This document shows positions 24,193 through 36,516 of a stretch of DNA of 42,248 nt, piece after piece. The translations under genes were made by a program, and so were the position numbers. The DNA is taken from contig JAAPAO010000292.1 in assembly GCA_013115145.1 (NCBI GenBank), forward strand, positions 1 through 42,248, given 5' to 3'. Position 1 is the first letter of the stretch. Each line of letters starts with the position of its first letter. Origin of the DNA: Perkinsus chesapeaki ATCC PRA-425. Lineage: Eukaryota; Protista; Perkinsozoa. The notes under the pieces were generated by a model. That model was not told the DNA's origin, did no database searches, and was given only the letters and a program-made list of their open reading frames with translations.

Positions 24193-25051
24193 GACTGGCC
24201 GCCGTGGATTTGGATCGGCCAGTGGAGGCTGCCAGACTTATAGAGAAAGCCGTGAAGGAAGACGGCTTTGTCGGTAGGGAAGGGCAGTTCCTACTAGTGC
24301 GCATTTGGCATGCAGGCGGGATCTGATGGTCAGGTGTCAGAATAATGCCATGGTTGTGGGACCGGCCGCCGACGCATGAAACATATTATCCGATTTATCT
24401 CAAGTGCGTTGAACTTGGCGTGCCTGTTTGCACTCAGGTAAAAATGCCGCCTAGGCGCGGTTAGTGTTCTCAGGTGGGCCACACAGGGCCAGCTAAGCCG
24501 AGCGACACAGGGAGGCCGATACCTTATATAGACAGAGTTGCACTGCATTTCCCAGAGGTAGGGAAAGGGCGCAAGTTCGAACCCCGGTGGAGGCATTTTT
24601 CAGCTGCGTATTGTTTGCGGTCACATTGGGCATCCGTGGCTGCACGAAATGATGTCGGTTATGTGGAAGCATGAGAATGTGTTCTTGGACACGAGTGCGT
24701 ATCTTCCTAAAATGTACGGCAGAGATTTGGTGGGATATCTTCACACCAATATTGGATCCAGAAAAGTAATATCTGAGATGGGGAAGATTACGACGGTATT
24801 TTAGAGTGTCCCTTAATTTGTCGTTGGTTAGCTGCATTATTGAAACCAACCGGCCCCGTATGGCCTTTGTGTAAGCATAACTGCAGGTCATGTTTGGTAC
24901 CAACTTCCCACAAATCGATTTGAAGAAGTGCATGTCACAGGTGGAGGATCTAGAGTTGCCAGCCGAGATCAAGAACCGTTTCTTGACGGAGAACGCTCGG
25001 GGAGTATTCCGTCTGCCTCAGCGTTCGACCGTTATGAGTAGCCGACTTTGA
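24193..25051 (+). CDS. Amidohydrolase_2-family metallohydrolase (confident core; the 5' exons were not resolved)
   Basis: Spliced: GLAAVDLDRPVEAARLIEKAVKEDGFV|...RIMPWLWDRPPTHETYYPIYLKCVELGVPVCTQ|VGHTGP...GRPIPYIDRVALHFPE|LRIVCGHIGHPW...NVFLDTSAY...|VMFGTNFP...NARGVFRL. Confidence 0.88.
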
Positions 25052-25413
25052 GCTTCTAAACATGAGTACTTTTTATGACATGCAATTGCACTTGCGTTTC
25101 GCGTTCGTCGCTGGTGAGCCATCTAGGTTTACACAATGGTCACCGGCTCATGATGATGATATCTGTTCTTGGGCATTGTTGGGCATCTTCATGGTAGCTT
25201 TAATCCTTTCCGTTTAGCCAGGTGCGCCTCCCTCGCCATAACGTTACATATTAAAGCCTTGTACAGAAGATGATGTTCATACCGCGTGCGTGCAAGGCCG
25301 GTTGAAACTCCTGGCTTTACTTCTGTGGTAAATCGGCAACTTCCCTGCACGGTTATATGAAGCTTGCAAGAAACTGTCTCACCTGTTCTTAGCTCGGTAC
25401 AGTGTATTGTTGA

Positions 25414-28176
25414 ATGTCCGGTGCTTCTGACCCGTCCCAGGGGCTGGGCCCGCTCTCCGCGTCACAACCTTCCGCGTCACGCCCTGTGACGCCACCAGCA
25501 GCGAGCGGCCCCTCCTCGGCGGCTGCCTTGGCGGCTGCAGCAGTTCTACTTCAGCAACATCAGCAGCAATCGGGGTTCGGGCAGCCTGGAGGTCTTGCGG
25601 CGGGTGACGGTGTTAATAAGGAGGGTCCTGGAGATGACCCAAGAGTTGTTGATGAAACATTTATGAGATGTAAGAAGATCCTGATAGGCTCCCATTGGTC
25701 AGATGCTTCCTCGAACGATTAGTTCTTGTCTTATTCTGAAATAGGGAATTCACATCCGCACATAAGAGTACTAAAGGTGTGTACTCCACAGAAGGGTGCA
25801 TTAGAGACAGTGCTCCTTGTACGGGAACTACAGGGTGATGCGTGATGGGCCCTTTTTTCCGCATCATCCTGTATGTAGCTTGTGAAAAATTCTAGTTTCA
25901 TAGAACTCCTGTGGAGCAGTTTCAATGGCTAAAATCGTGAGATCTTGGTCTGTCTTTTGTCCTGCGGAGTTTTCCGGTACTAATGTATCCTTCCTACCCC
26001 TCAGCTGCCCTTACGGTCGCGCCAGTCCCACCTGGTGACTACACCGAGGAGGAGAATGCGTACTTGGTGGAGCAAATGATTAAACATAGGTGCGCATAAC
26101 GTTTGGTTCATGCGAAGTCAGGGAGTCTATGATAATTATTCGATTATGCATGCGGCATTGCAGCCATTATATCGGAATTTACGTTGCTGTCTGTGAAGTT
26201 TCGGGATCGATTCTTGCGGTGATTTATTTTTAGAGGATTGGCTTGCTGTTGTGTGTAGGGCGCAGTTGAAGGGTAAATTTGAGGGAATGGTGCGAGCAAG
26301 AAATAAGATATATCAGATGATTGCCGCCTCGATGAACAGACGCTTCCCCAACGCTCAGCCTAAAAGTAAGGTAGATGAGTCATCCAGGATGACTACCTGG
26401 GACTTGTGCTCCATACGCAGGGATAGTTACTGGTAACCTTGAACTTTACAGTTCTTATATTTCTTTTTCACAATCACCCGAAATTCAAGCTTACATGAAG
26501 CTTGAAGTTTTGGAAATAAATTTATATCGGGTGTACTTGATGGTACTTATAATCATTACGATTATAACTTTCGTATGGTACTTGTGTAGCAACCACACTA
26601 TAGTTCATTGGGGTAAGTGCAATCGAGGGACGGTGCTTCTACGGAGCCATACAGGGACTTCAGATGTGTCAAGGAGGAACTCCTTTAGCGTATCTTTCTT
26701 TGAAAATATTTCCTACATATTATTACATTTGGAGACATGTATTAGGACTGTATAGGAGAAAGAATTACCTCAAAACTCTCATTTTTGAGGAAGTTACGGC
26801 TGCCCATCGATTCTCCCTCTCTAGATGACCGGTACTGTACATGAACTTCTTTGGGAAAGATTCTTTTCTATGGCGAATTTCATCATATCTTAACAAAGTA
26901 GGCTCCTTCGGTTAGACATCTCCTCCAGGGAAAGTAAATGTGAAGCCATCAGTGTTGGCACTGCTGGAAATAGGTTGTGGATAGGGAAGTGGACCTCCAA
27001 TAAATATTTTCTACCCAACTCCATATCAACATCGCTTATATCTCTCCTTCTTCTCAGTTTCAATATATAACTTTTCATTTCTTCTTAGCTACTTCTTATC
27101 AAAAGGCGTCCCTTCTCCTTCACCGCCGCCGCCGGAGAGTGCATATCTACGAGGCTTGATGACTACATGTTCAGGCACCCTCGAGGTGAAGCGAAGGATA
27201 ACATGCTTGGTGGAGCGAGTTCGTCGAGGAGGAGGCGACAAGTACCCCCACGATCACTGGCACAACATACTCACACGGGAGTATCTCAATTGGCATCCCA
27301 CGTCTATGCCGTCCAGCGCAGACGGCAGTCCTAGACGCTCGGCTGGTATGAGCGGCGGAGGCGGCGGCGGGTCGAGTAGGAGGAGAAGGAAGTCACGCAG
27401 CAGTCGTAGTGGTGAGTTTAGTGGCGGCTTGTTTGGTCAGTGCTCGATTCAATTTTATACTGTATATGTATAGTGAAGGAGCTGTACCGTTTCCTACTAT
27501 TTAACTTCATCTCGAAGATTCCGAAACTTTCGTCATTAGCTCCTTTGTTGGAGTGCTGAACAACAAAGGGGTGCATCATGCGAAGAGAAATTGTATCTTT
27601 CCACTGCTTCTTGGAAGCTGGAGGGCTTTGAGATGAGCGTTAGTAGACTCAGCCTACGGACGCTAAGAAATTCAACACTAAGAACAATTGGTGCTCTTCA
27701 TTGGCTTCTCACCGCTCGAAAGCTGGAGAGCTCCGAGGTGAACGAGATTGCACTTAGCGTGCATGATAATTCTGGTGCTACCTCATATGAGCTGAAAAAT
27801 ATCTTCGACCGCTCACCTCGTTAGTGCTGGGAAGAGCAAACCTGGGGGAAGTTCGACGGATTGTTTAGTGTAAAAATTATTGCACTTCTCAGAGTACAAT
27901 TATGATTCGGAATCGACATCATCGGCGGAGCATCTTTTGGATGGCTCGTGGGCCGAAGACGGAGGCCACATGTCGCTCGAGAAACTTCTGGACAAGAAGG
28001 CTGAATTGGAGATAGCCTTGAAGCAGTCTGAGCTTGTTAAGGTCAGGCTCGAGAGAGAACTGCTGGCAATGGAAACTAAGGAGGCGATGGCCGCTGGCGA
28101 GGTGGCAGCAGCAAGCACGCCTGATGTTTGCCCGCCAGTTCAGTCATCCGTGTCGCCTCAAGATGCAACCTTTTGA
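25414..28176 (+). CDS. Multi-exon putative Myb/SANT-like (trihelix-type) DNA-binding protein with a C-terminal coiled coil
   Basis: Ala/Gln-rich N-terminus. Exon GDYTEEENAYLVEQMIKHR followed by RNKIYQMIAASMNRRFP resembles SANT-like helices 1-2. Basic RRRRKSR stretch and coiled coil LEKLLDKKAELEIALKQSELVKVRLERELLA. Exon joins only partly resolved. Confidence 0.5.
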
Positions 28177-28705
28177 GATTATGATAGGGGCGTATGAGTT
28201 TTAGTGGTTTGCAATGGGGGCTGGCATACACGACGGGCATCGCCACCTTCTTGGGCTCTGGTATACCTTACAGTCGCTTGGGCTCTGGGGGATATGTTGT
28301 AGAGAAATGAGTTAGCTGGCTCAGAGAATTGCGGTACTTGGTTGAATAATAGATGGGAATGATTGGGGCATTTCGCTGGCGATTTTGTATTTTACAGCTC
28401 TGAAGGGCGAAAATTCACAAAAATGTCCCGGAATCGCCGGGACAAAAATTGCCAAACTTCGAACCGGGCTAGCTGATACCGAATCTCAGATATAAAGGAG
28501 ATGTATGCCACACCTGCCAACTGGCAGGTGGAACGCATTCCTCCTTCACGTCCACGTCTGGGAAAAAGCTTCACAAACCTGAAAATGAAATATTGGACAA
28601 TTTCAACTGCGAGTGAGCGAGCAATTGGCCAGAGAGTCTTTTCTGAAGCAGCATTGTGAATTCCAATTCACCGAATTCTTATCACTCGCTTCTGCTGCTG
28701 CTGTT

Positions 28706-30191
28706 ATGTATCTACAATTACCGACCGCTGCAGTCTTCATGGCCGCCACCTTCTACTACAGGTATAGTGGACTTTTTCCGCCAAGCGAGACTAAGATTCT
28801 GGATGGGAATACAACCGATGTCGAGAAAGCCGAGCACTTGAGCGATGTCACCAAGGTGGTTGTATTTTACGCTCATTGGTGCGGGCATTGTCAATGGATG
28901 GCTAGAGACTTGATTGGACATTTCGACGATATCACTGCTGGTGTGTCGTTCTATGACAAGCATGGTCTCCCGCGGATTGTCGCCTTTGACTGTGCCAGTG
29001 ATACTGTGAGCTTCTGCTATCACCAAGGGGTGCCGGCCTACCCGGAAATGGTCACTTACTTTGATGGGAAGAAATTCGGTGACCCTTACTCTAAGCATAG
29101 GAATATTGAACCGTGGAAGTATATATATAATATGTTGCACCAGAAGTCGAACTCTACTACCACAACAACTACAACTACAGCTCATCCAACTGGCCCTAGT
29201 ACTACAACAACTACCACTACGACTACCACTACGACTACTAGGACTGCATCACCAACTCCAGGAGGAGGCAGCATCTTTCCCCACGAAGGGAATGTGACCT
29301 ATGAGATGCGAACTCTGGATGGAATGCTGGCATTCGCTGCGGCGCTGGATATGGCGACATTCACCGTACCGAATCAGACTCTGGCATCGGAGAAGATAGA
29401 TATTTTACAGAAGACGATCCTTCCTGTTGTTGTCGCTGTGCACCCGGACCAGGACTTCCGGCAGAATGTGTCCAATTTTCTCAAGAGTATCACCGACGCA
29501 CCAAAGCCTATTGACAGGGACGCATTTATGACATTGCTTAACGAACTTGCACCGAGCGCCATGAGAAAACAGCCGGACATTTTTTGGAAGCATTGTGAGA
29601 ATTTCAATTGTGGGCTGTGGCAGCTGTTCCATGGCCTTACACTGGGGGTGGAGAATGGCAAGTCGAGCTACAGCTCTGGTGAAACTGTGATGGAAACTAT
29701 TAAGTCCATTGTGCAAAATTTTTTCCTCTGCGCAGATTGCGTGGAACATTTCGTGGCGGCGTATGATGCTTGTGCTGCCGATAGATGCACTATGAAGCAT
29801 CCTGATAGGGAACATACTGGAATGTGGCTTTGGAGATTTCATAATATGGTTAATAATAGAACCAGTCATGAGAGAGGAATAGTAGGCAAGGATACAGCTT
29901 GGCCTACTAAAGATGAATGTAAAGATTGTCGAGAGTACCCATGTGGAGGCGGCAATTTTACCTTCAACGAATGCGCTGTTATGAACTTCCTCCAGCAGTC
30001 ATACACCCGGCCTTGTTCGCATCCCTCTCCGACGTCCCATTCGCCTACCTCATCCAAGCAGAGCTCAGCTGACACTATGGTGAGTAACAGCACCCCCTTC
30101 TATGGATAACTTTCAGCATTTTCAGATCTCACTGAATGCTTTGATTTATGTCATCATCACCGTGGTTCAGTTCGTGGTATTCCGAGCCTAG
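28706..30191 (+). CDS. QSOX-type sulfhydryl oxidase 1 (single thioredoxin domain, Thr-rich linker, Erv/ALR domain, C-terminal hydrophobic exon)
   Basis: FYAHWCGHC; CGLWQLFH...CADCVEHF...WLWRFHNMVNNR...WP...CKDC. Intron after 30079 (gtgagt) leads to the exon ISLNALIYVIITVVQFVVFRA*. Confidence 0.9.
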
Positions 30192-30751
30192 CAAGTAAGT
30201 CTCATAAAACCTGCTTTTCTGAACCATTTCTTTCAGGCGCCTCCGGAGCTTCACGACGGCTTACGCTGTCGGTTGGCCTTGTCCAACGTGGGGTGCCGCC
30301 TTCCTGCTCTTTTCGTCCATCTCTTTTTTATATCGTATTCGCAAGTCATGTCTGCAGGGATGCCATTCGGGTTCCTCCATTCGACGCCTATGCGAAGCCG
30401 TGGCGTAGAGCTCCGCCGTGCATCTTTGTATGTGCCCGAAGCCGCGCCTGCGTAGTAGGGGCTGTACCAGTCAGTGCTTGAATGCATCTCGCCAAGTCGA
30501 GTTTATTTTTCCCCACTTTATTGACAAGTATAGCAAGAGTTGCGTTGAGTTTGGTGTAGGAAGGATGCTCCGCTAAGACTACCTTTAGTGGATACGGCGA
30601 GTCCAGAAGGCTGCATGGCTTTGGCACAACTCTCTGGAAATGCACTCTCTTCCACTCCTAGCGGAGCACCGTTCTTTTGGAAAGTGTCCGGCCCTTTGGG
30701 TTAAAGTCAGGCGATGTCATCTACGCTCGCCGGAGTCAGTTTTATGTCATA

Positions 30752-32152
30752 ATGCCATCACGAGTCCTCGAAGTCATTGTACAGTGGTCACTTCGGCTCT
30801 TCGTGGTTCATGGAATAGTCGTGGCTGTCACGGGGAGGCCACTCCGCGAAACTGGTTCTCTTTTCCCAAAGAACTCGTCCGTCGTTTTGGAAGTATCAGG
30901 AGACGACTTCAATTCAACGGTTTCCTCCTCGGTTGGCAAGATTGTGCTCTTCTATTCCCACTGGTGTGGCCACTGTATCCGATTCGCACCCGAATACGAG
31001 CGCATGGCGAAGTCTCTTGGCTCTGCTGCAATGTGGGGAGGACAGGAGCCGAGGATCGTAGCGGTCGACTGCGCAGTGCATACCGTCGTCTGTCACTCCA
31101 GCCATATTCGGGGCTTCCCGAGTGTCATATTCTACCGGAATGGTCGAGAGCAGGAATCCTTCGATCGCCGTGGCAACGAGACACTCGAAGGTTTCGCCAG
31201 GAAGGTGCTTCAGTTACGGGTGACAAATGTTGGGCCCAATCCTCCCTTGCCGACAGTTTCTTTGCCTTCTATCGGCCACTATGAGTCTATAGCGCCTTTT
31301 GGTGACGGAAAGAGTGTTTTCGAACAAGAGGAAGGAGTATCTTCCAAGGAGCGTATCTTCGACGCGGAACTGTCGTTCGCTGTACTGCTTGATGTGGCCA
31401 TGCCTCATGGCGGCGACAAGGCGTTGTTGATAAGGAAAATGGGGGTCCTGAAGGAGCAGATACTACCAGTGGTGGCAGTCAGCTTCCCTGACGATCTTTT
31501 TAGAAAGAAGGTCACAACAATGCATGAGACTCTCGGCGATGACCTGGTCGAGGACCAGGAAGCGTGGACAAGGGCTCTGGACGCTTTCTTCCCAAAAAAC
31601 ATGCGGGGAGCGCCAGCGAAGTTTTGGAAGCATTGCACCCAACTCACTTGTGGTTTGTGGCAGTTCTTCCACGCTCTCACTGTTGGGGTCGACCGCGAGC
31701 AGGCAGCTGATAGGTTTATGTGGCATGGGGGAGGAGAGGCGCTGAATACAGGGGCATCTGTGATGGCGTGCATTCGAGCCACTGTTGCCGAATTTTTGTT
31801 ATGTCAAGATTGCGTGGAACATTTCGTGGCGGCGTATGATGCTTGTGCTGCCGATAGATGCACTATGAAGCATCCTGATAGGGAACATACTGCAATGTGG
31901 CTTTGGAGATTCCATAATATAGTTAATAATAGAACCAGTCATGAGAGGGGAATAGTAGGCAAGGATACAGCTTGGCCTACTAAAGATGAATGTAAAGATT
32001 GTCGAGATAAAACGTTGGCCGGCACAAAGGTTTTCGACCAAGCGAAGGTCTATCGTTATCTGCTTGAAGCGTATGGCCAGCCGCTCGCTGCTACAACAGC
32101 TTCATGGGAGGTAAGAATGGAGGACAGAAACGGGGGCCATTTTCAGCGATAA
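30752..32152 (+). CDS. QSOX-type sulfhydryl oxidase 2 (tandem paralog)
   Basis: Hydrophobic N-terminus, FYSHWCGHC, CGLWQFFH...CQDCVEHF...WLWRFHNIVNNR...WP...CKDC. The 3' end could be spliced at gtaaga near 32111. Confidence 0.9.
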   Translation: MPSRVLEVIVQWSLRLFVVHGIVVAVTGRPLRETGSLFPKNSSVVLEVSGDDFNSTVSSSVGKIVLFYSHWCGHCIRFAPEYERMAKSLGSAAMWGGQEPRIVAVDCAVHTVVCHSSHIRGFPSVIFYRNGREQESFDRRGNETLEGFARKVLQLRVTNVGPNPPLPTVSLPSIGHYESIAPFGDGKSVFEQEEGVSSKERIFDAELSFAVLLDVAMPHGGDKALLIRKMGVLKEQILPVVAVSFPDDLFRKKVTTMHETLGDDLVEDQEAWTRALDAFFPKNMRGAPAKFWKHCTQLTCGLWQFFHALTVGVDREQAADRFMWHGGGEALNTGASVMACIRATVAEFLLCQDCVEHFVAAYDACAADRCTMKHPDREHTAMWLWRFHNIVNNRTSHERGIVGKDTAWPTKDECKDCRDKTLAGTKVFDQAKVYRYLLEAYGQPLAATTASWEVRMEDRNGGHFQR

Positions 32153-33134
32153 TGGGACTCTTTAAAAGTTCAGCTATGATTGCGACGCATTCGCGGTTGA
32201 TGGTTTATGGGCTCCGTCAGCTTAAAGTGCTTCTGCGAGAGATCCGGTCGGCTTAGGGGAAATAGTTGTAGTTTGTAGTTGGAACACATATGGTCGTAGA
32301 TAATAATATAACATGTGCACCAACAATCAATACTGAGTCTACTAAAATGGTGTCCGTCTTCAAAAGACTATAAGGTTGTCATTACATCTTACATCTTGCA
32401 AATTACGTGTAGTCCCGGTTTAATACACAAAGTGTCGGAGGGAACATCGATCCACCGTAGAGTGACGCTGACGCTACTCGGCTCCAGTCATTCAATTATG
32501 AATTTATTTTTATTTAGGTATTTCTATTCCCCCAATTGCTACTGTGGGTGCCTATGGCATGTCTGATAGGGTTTTACTGCTTCCGACGTAAGAAGCTTCC
32601 CAATTTAAATGACCGACAGCGGTCTTATAAAGAATGATGCATCCTTTTGCAAGTGTATTGCTAACTGCAACTTGGTACGCGTTAACCTCTCATGCATCAT
32701 TCAGCTTATTAAATCATTTTGCCAGCGTATCTGCTAAGTACAGAAATTGCTCGTTGTTGTTCAATTAGGAGTAACGACTAGTGTCGCGCAAGAGAACATC
32801 GGGGATCAGTGTTACAGCCAGCATACACAGTCGCCTGGGAGCCTTGATAACTTAACCGGTGCGCTCCCCATTGCTGACCAACTGCTTCTAGGGAACGTTT
32901 CTGTCAAAGAGAGGGCTTTTACTATGGCTCGTATATTCCTAGAAGAGCCGTGATATAACGGAATCACGCGGAGCTCTGTACATTGATAATACTGTATGTT
33001 GCACATTTCGGTTCGGTTGGTTTCAAACGTTAGAAGCTACAATTGATCGTGGGACACGAATCTCACTCAACCAATATAATGATATTAATTCGCTCTACGC
33101 AACAGACAGAGCCATCGAGTACCTCCAATCTGAA

Positions 33135-35533
33135 GTGCGGACGACGAGGCTTCCACGGCAGCACTTGGCAAACAACCTCTGCAACACTCGACTCGGAGGA
33201 GGTTCAGGTCACCAATACTGCATGTTGTTCCCCTTCATTGCCAGACTCCCGAAAGGCCCTCCGAAAGCCAGCATGCAACGAGGCGAGCGTTCACGGCCAT
33301 TACCATATTTAGTTCGCGTCCTCGAGAGGGAGGCTTCTGTTCAATTGGACAGAATGCGTTGATTCCTGGTACAATACAACGTTTGCCTTTGACTTCGTTA
33401 AGCGAGCCCGTGTAGGTAAAATAATAAAAGTGAAGAGGCCAGGTGCAACAGCGCTGAAGCCGAAGACGTTCGTGGTCGATGACATTGTCTTTGCTGATGC
33501 ATTGGCTCAAAGCTTGAAGCCTCAAAGTGATTGTTGCACACGCCATAGTTTGGCAATTGCCGATTTCACAAGATGATCCAGGAATGCCCGAAAGCTCTTG
33601 ACGATCCATCTCCAGACAAACTAGTCGCTCAATTCCATGCACTTACTCCAGTCGCAATGCATTCAGATTTACCGCTGACATTAATTCGAGATATTGAGGA
33701 AGTAACGCGGTCCGGAGGGGAACTGGCTGTTGTTCATATTGGCGCTCGGGGAACCGACGGCAGCTCTCCGCAGATGTGGGGACTTCAGGACGGAAAGAGA
33801 CCAGGCCTCGTCGAGTAAGGCATATTGCGGATCCAGTCACAATACGTATGAGTAAGCCATGTTTGTTTTAAATTGCCAGGTTGTGCTGCCAACTGGCACT
33901 GTCCTGTGCTTGGAGTACACATGAGCTCAGGACAGCTAAAATAAGTGCAGTTAAAGCCAGTAAGTCGCGAGTTCAATCGAAACGAGAAACCTGAGCGCGA
34001 ATAAGAATCTTCTTCTTGATAGTGTAGCTACTTGAGCAGAGTGAACGCAATTATATTCCTGGTGTACTTCAAGAAATCCAGCCTTCTAAATCCGACCCTT
34101 CTGCCGACACTGATGGAATTCTTCCAGAAAGCACATCTACTGTTACCCAGTAGTTGGAGTACTCATACCCATAGTCTTTGAAGCTCAAAGGGTCTCACAA
34201 CATAGTTCAAACTTTGAACATATCTTGGATTCTGCACAATTGGATGATAACTCGCTGACTCTTCGATGAGCCCCCTAACCTTGCGTGTTTCAGTGATCTG
34301 CTCATGTTGAAGAAATAATCTTCCCCTGATAACGCTACGTGCCTGTGTCCATAGGTATCTTGACGGAACTTTTGGCCGACTGTCTCGTCTCACCGAACTA
34401 CAATAAATCCCTAGTGGTTCGTGATCGAGGCCCTTTTATGGGGTTTTGTGTCGATGGCGGACTCTCAGAGGTTTGTGTAACTTCAGAAGATGATATAAAA
34501 GTAGGAATGACACTCGCCGACATTTGACAGAGATGACCGTAACGGCTCATTTTCGGGACTCACAGATTGCTGTCATGTTCGGGATCCTGACGATGTTTGT
34601 GATTCTCCCATCAGGCAGCCGTGGCCATCTCTGGTAGCAATATTCGGAGTTCGGGTACTTTTCTCTCTGGAGGCAGGACACGAGTTGATAAACGCGCCCA
34701 TGCACTGCTAACACTCTCTTTAATGTAATTAACTTATCAAAAACTCCGTCGCGATTTTCCCAATGGAGGTATTCCTTCAAGCTCCCCTCAAACTCAGATT
34801 CGGAAACGGTGTGGGATCACATCGTCTGTCGAAAATACACTTCTTGGACTTGGCTGGCGCCGAACATGGAAAAGGTGGTCTGAACTCCTGAATAGTTTTT
34901 CCTTGTCTGTGTGAATTTAGGAGCAGCTCCCGCGGTACCTCGAGTTGCACAGAGAAATGATGGTGTGCTTCCGAGAGGCCTGTCAGGTGGCAATAGTCGA
35001 GATGATTTCACCTTGAAGGCATTCCACAAGATTATCCACAACCTTTCACAATCCTTCAACACATCCACTACCCGTCCTGTTGTGGCCGGATGGAGAGACT
35101 CAAAGTTGACCAGACTATGCCAGTCGGGCCTAGGAGCAGGAGGCAAGTCTGATTAGCTTCATACGATGTGGGCATCCACGAAATGCCAGGTCGCGGTGTC
35201 GTCCTCATTCCGATCTCTTCTTCTGCCGATGACTTTGGAGAATCATTGGCAAGCCTCGGCTTCCTAGAGAAGCTGCGTGCATGCGAGAGCAGTTCCTCAA
35301 GGATAGACACGCGGGCTTACAATTGCAACCCAGCCGATTCCTTCGCGAGCCTTGAATCTGAGATAGCCCGTTTGGCTTGCTCAGCCGGTCTCGATCATTT
35401 TGACGTGGGGGCGCTGGGAAGTTCAGATGTCACTATATCGGCCCTTGACTCGGCTTCCGAGCATCTCCGCAATAAATTGAGGGAGCGTGAGCTCTTTTCA
35501 CAGTTCTTAAGTGCCCATCATGCAAGGGCTTAA
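33135..35533 (+). CDS. Multi-exon kinesin-like protein with a degenerate motor domain (ends approximate)
   Basis: Kinesin landmarks in the correct order: HIGARGTDGSSPQMWG..PGLV, DGGLSEVCVTS, DKRAHALLTLSL, CVNLGAAP, FHKIIHNL, WRDSKLTRLCQSGLG, ISSSADDFGESLASLGF. Confidence 0.72.
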
Positions 35534-35754
35534 ACTGCTCGAATCCACCTTGGGATTCTGCCATGGACAACCGTCGTTGAATCGCCAACTCTTGGGTTGA
35601 GTCTTCGTGGTGCCGCGGTTCGTCTTTCCTTGCAATCTACAATTTTCAATATAATTTTCGGCTTTGTAATTTTCTGGATCACCGGCACTAAAGTAGCTCG
35701 TATAAGTGCAGGAGTGGGGGGTCTTTAACCTGAATGCTTGATGGAGTACCAATT

Positions 35755-35776
35755 CTCCCGAATCGGGAGTCCCGAT
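35755..35776. repeat. Perfect 22-bp excision scar (T=CTCCCGAT)
   Basis: ctcccga-atcgggag-tcccgat. Confidence 0.85.
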
Positions 35777-36099
35777 TCCGAATTTTGGACTAGCTCCTCT
35801 ACCAACCGGGAATCCCAGAGGACGGAGCACTCTCACCAAAGGAACCCATTAACCATTTGTGACACCAATAGAATGGTTTGGCGTTCTCCTCCTTCACTTG
35901 GCCCATCAAAGCTCGCCCTACGTCTCACTTGTATCTCGTGCGCGAGGCTTGAACGATCAATCTTATTGACAAACTATCAACGCAATCGAGGATCTATGGA
36001 GACTTGATAGTTGACTAAAAATTGGGTGTTATAAAATCCGGAAAGGACTCATTTGTTCTATGTCATTGAGAAGAGGAGAATATTCATCTTGGGAAGATA

Positions 36100-36516
36100 T
36101 CACAGCATCAGGCGCATATCAGGGAGATGATCCTCTGTTCCAGTCTGATTAGGAGGGAGTTGTGATAGACCATAACCGGTACAATCATATAGAGCTTGAG
36201 GGCAAGGGGTATTTATGTTACAATCCCAACACCTCTTATCACCAACGCCGTAGGTCGAGCATGTTGTGAAACATTTAGGGAAGGTGCACGCACCAAATGT
36301 AGCGAAACAATCGGTACACCCGGCAGATAGAGCCCAGTGTTTGTCATTTTTCATACATTGTTCGATCGAAGCTTTCTGACCAAGGTTAGTCATAACACAT
36401 CCAGCCATGAAGTTACTGAAGTGCACACCATACTTCTTCCAAAAGGCTTCATCAGAGGGGGAACATTGGCCAGCTAGGGCCGCGGTTAAAGCAGCAGTTA
36501 CAATGATAACCCTCAT
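36100..36516 (-). CDS. Small secreted cysteine-rich protein (138 aa, intronless)
   Basis: Signal-peptide-like MRVIIVTAALTAALAG followed by a CxxC/CxxxC-rich domain. Confidence 0.8.
   Translation of the reverse strand: MRVIIVTAALTAALAGQCSPSDEAFWKKYGVHFSNFMAGCVMTNLGQKASIEQCMKNDKHWALSAGCTDCFATFGACTFPKCFTTCSTYGVGDKRCWDCNINTPCPQALYDCTGYGLSQLPPNQTGTEDHLPDMRLML

Noticed and set aside
29155-29240. ACT/ACA/ACC triplet repeat
   Set aside because: It encodes the poly-Thr linker of QSOX1 and is not an independent element.
30251-30645. Minus-strand ORFs between the two QSOX genes
   Set aside because: No recognisable motifs, and a frameshift or intron is needed to join them.
33500-33515. Partial match to a dinoflagellate/perkinsid spliced-leader 3' end (ttggctcaa)
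   Set aside because: Only 9 nt match, which is expected by chance.
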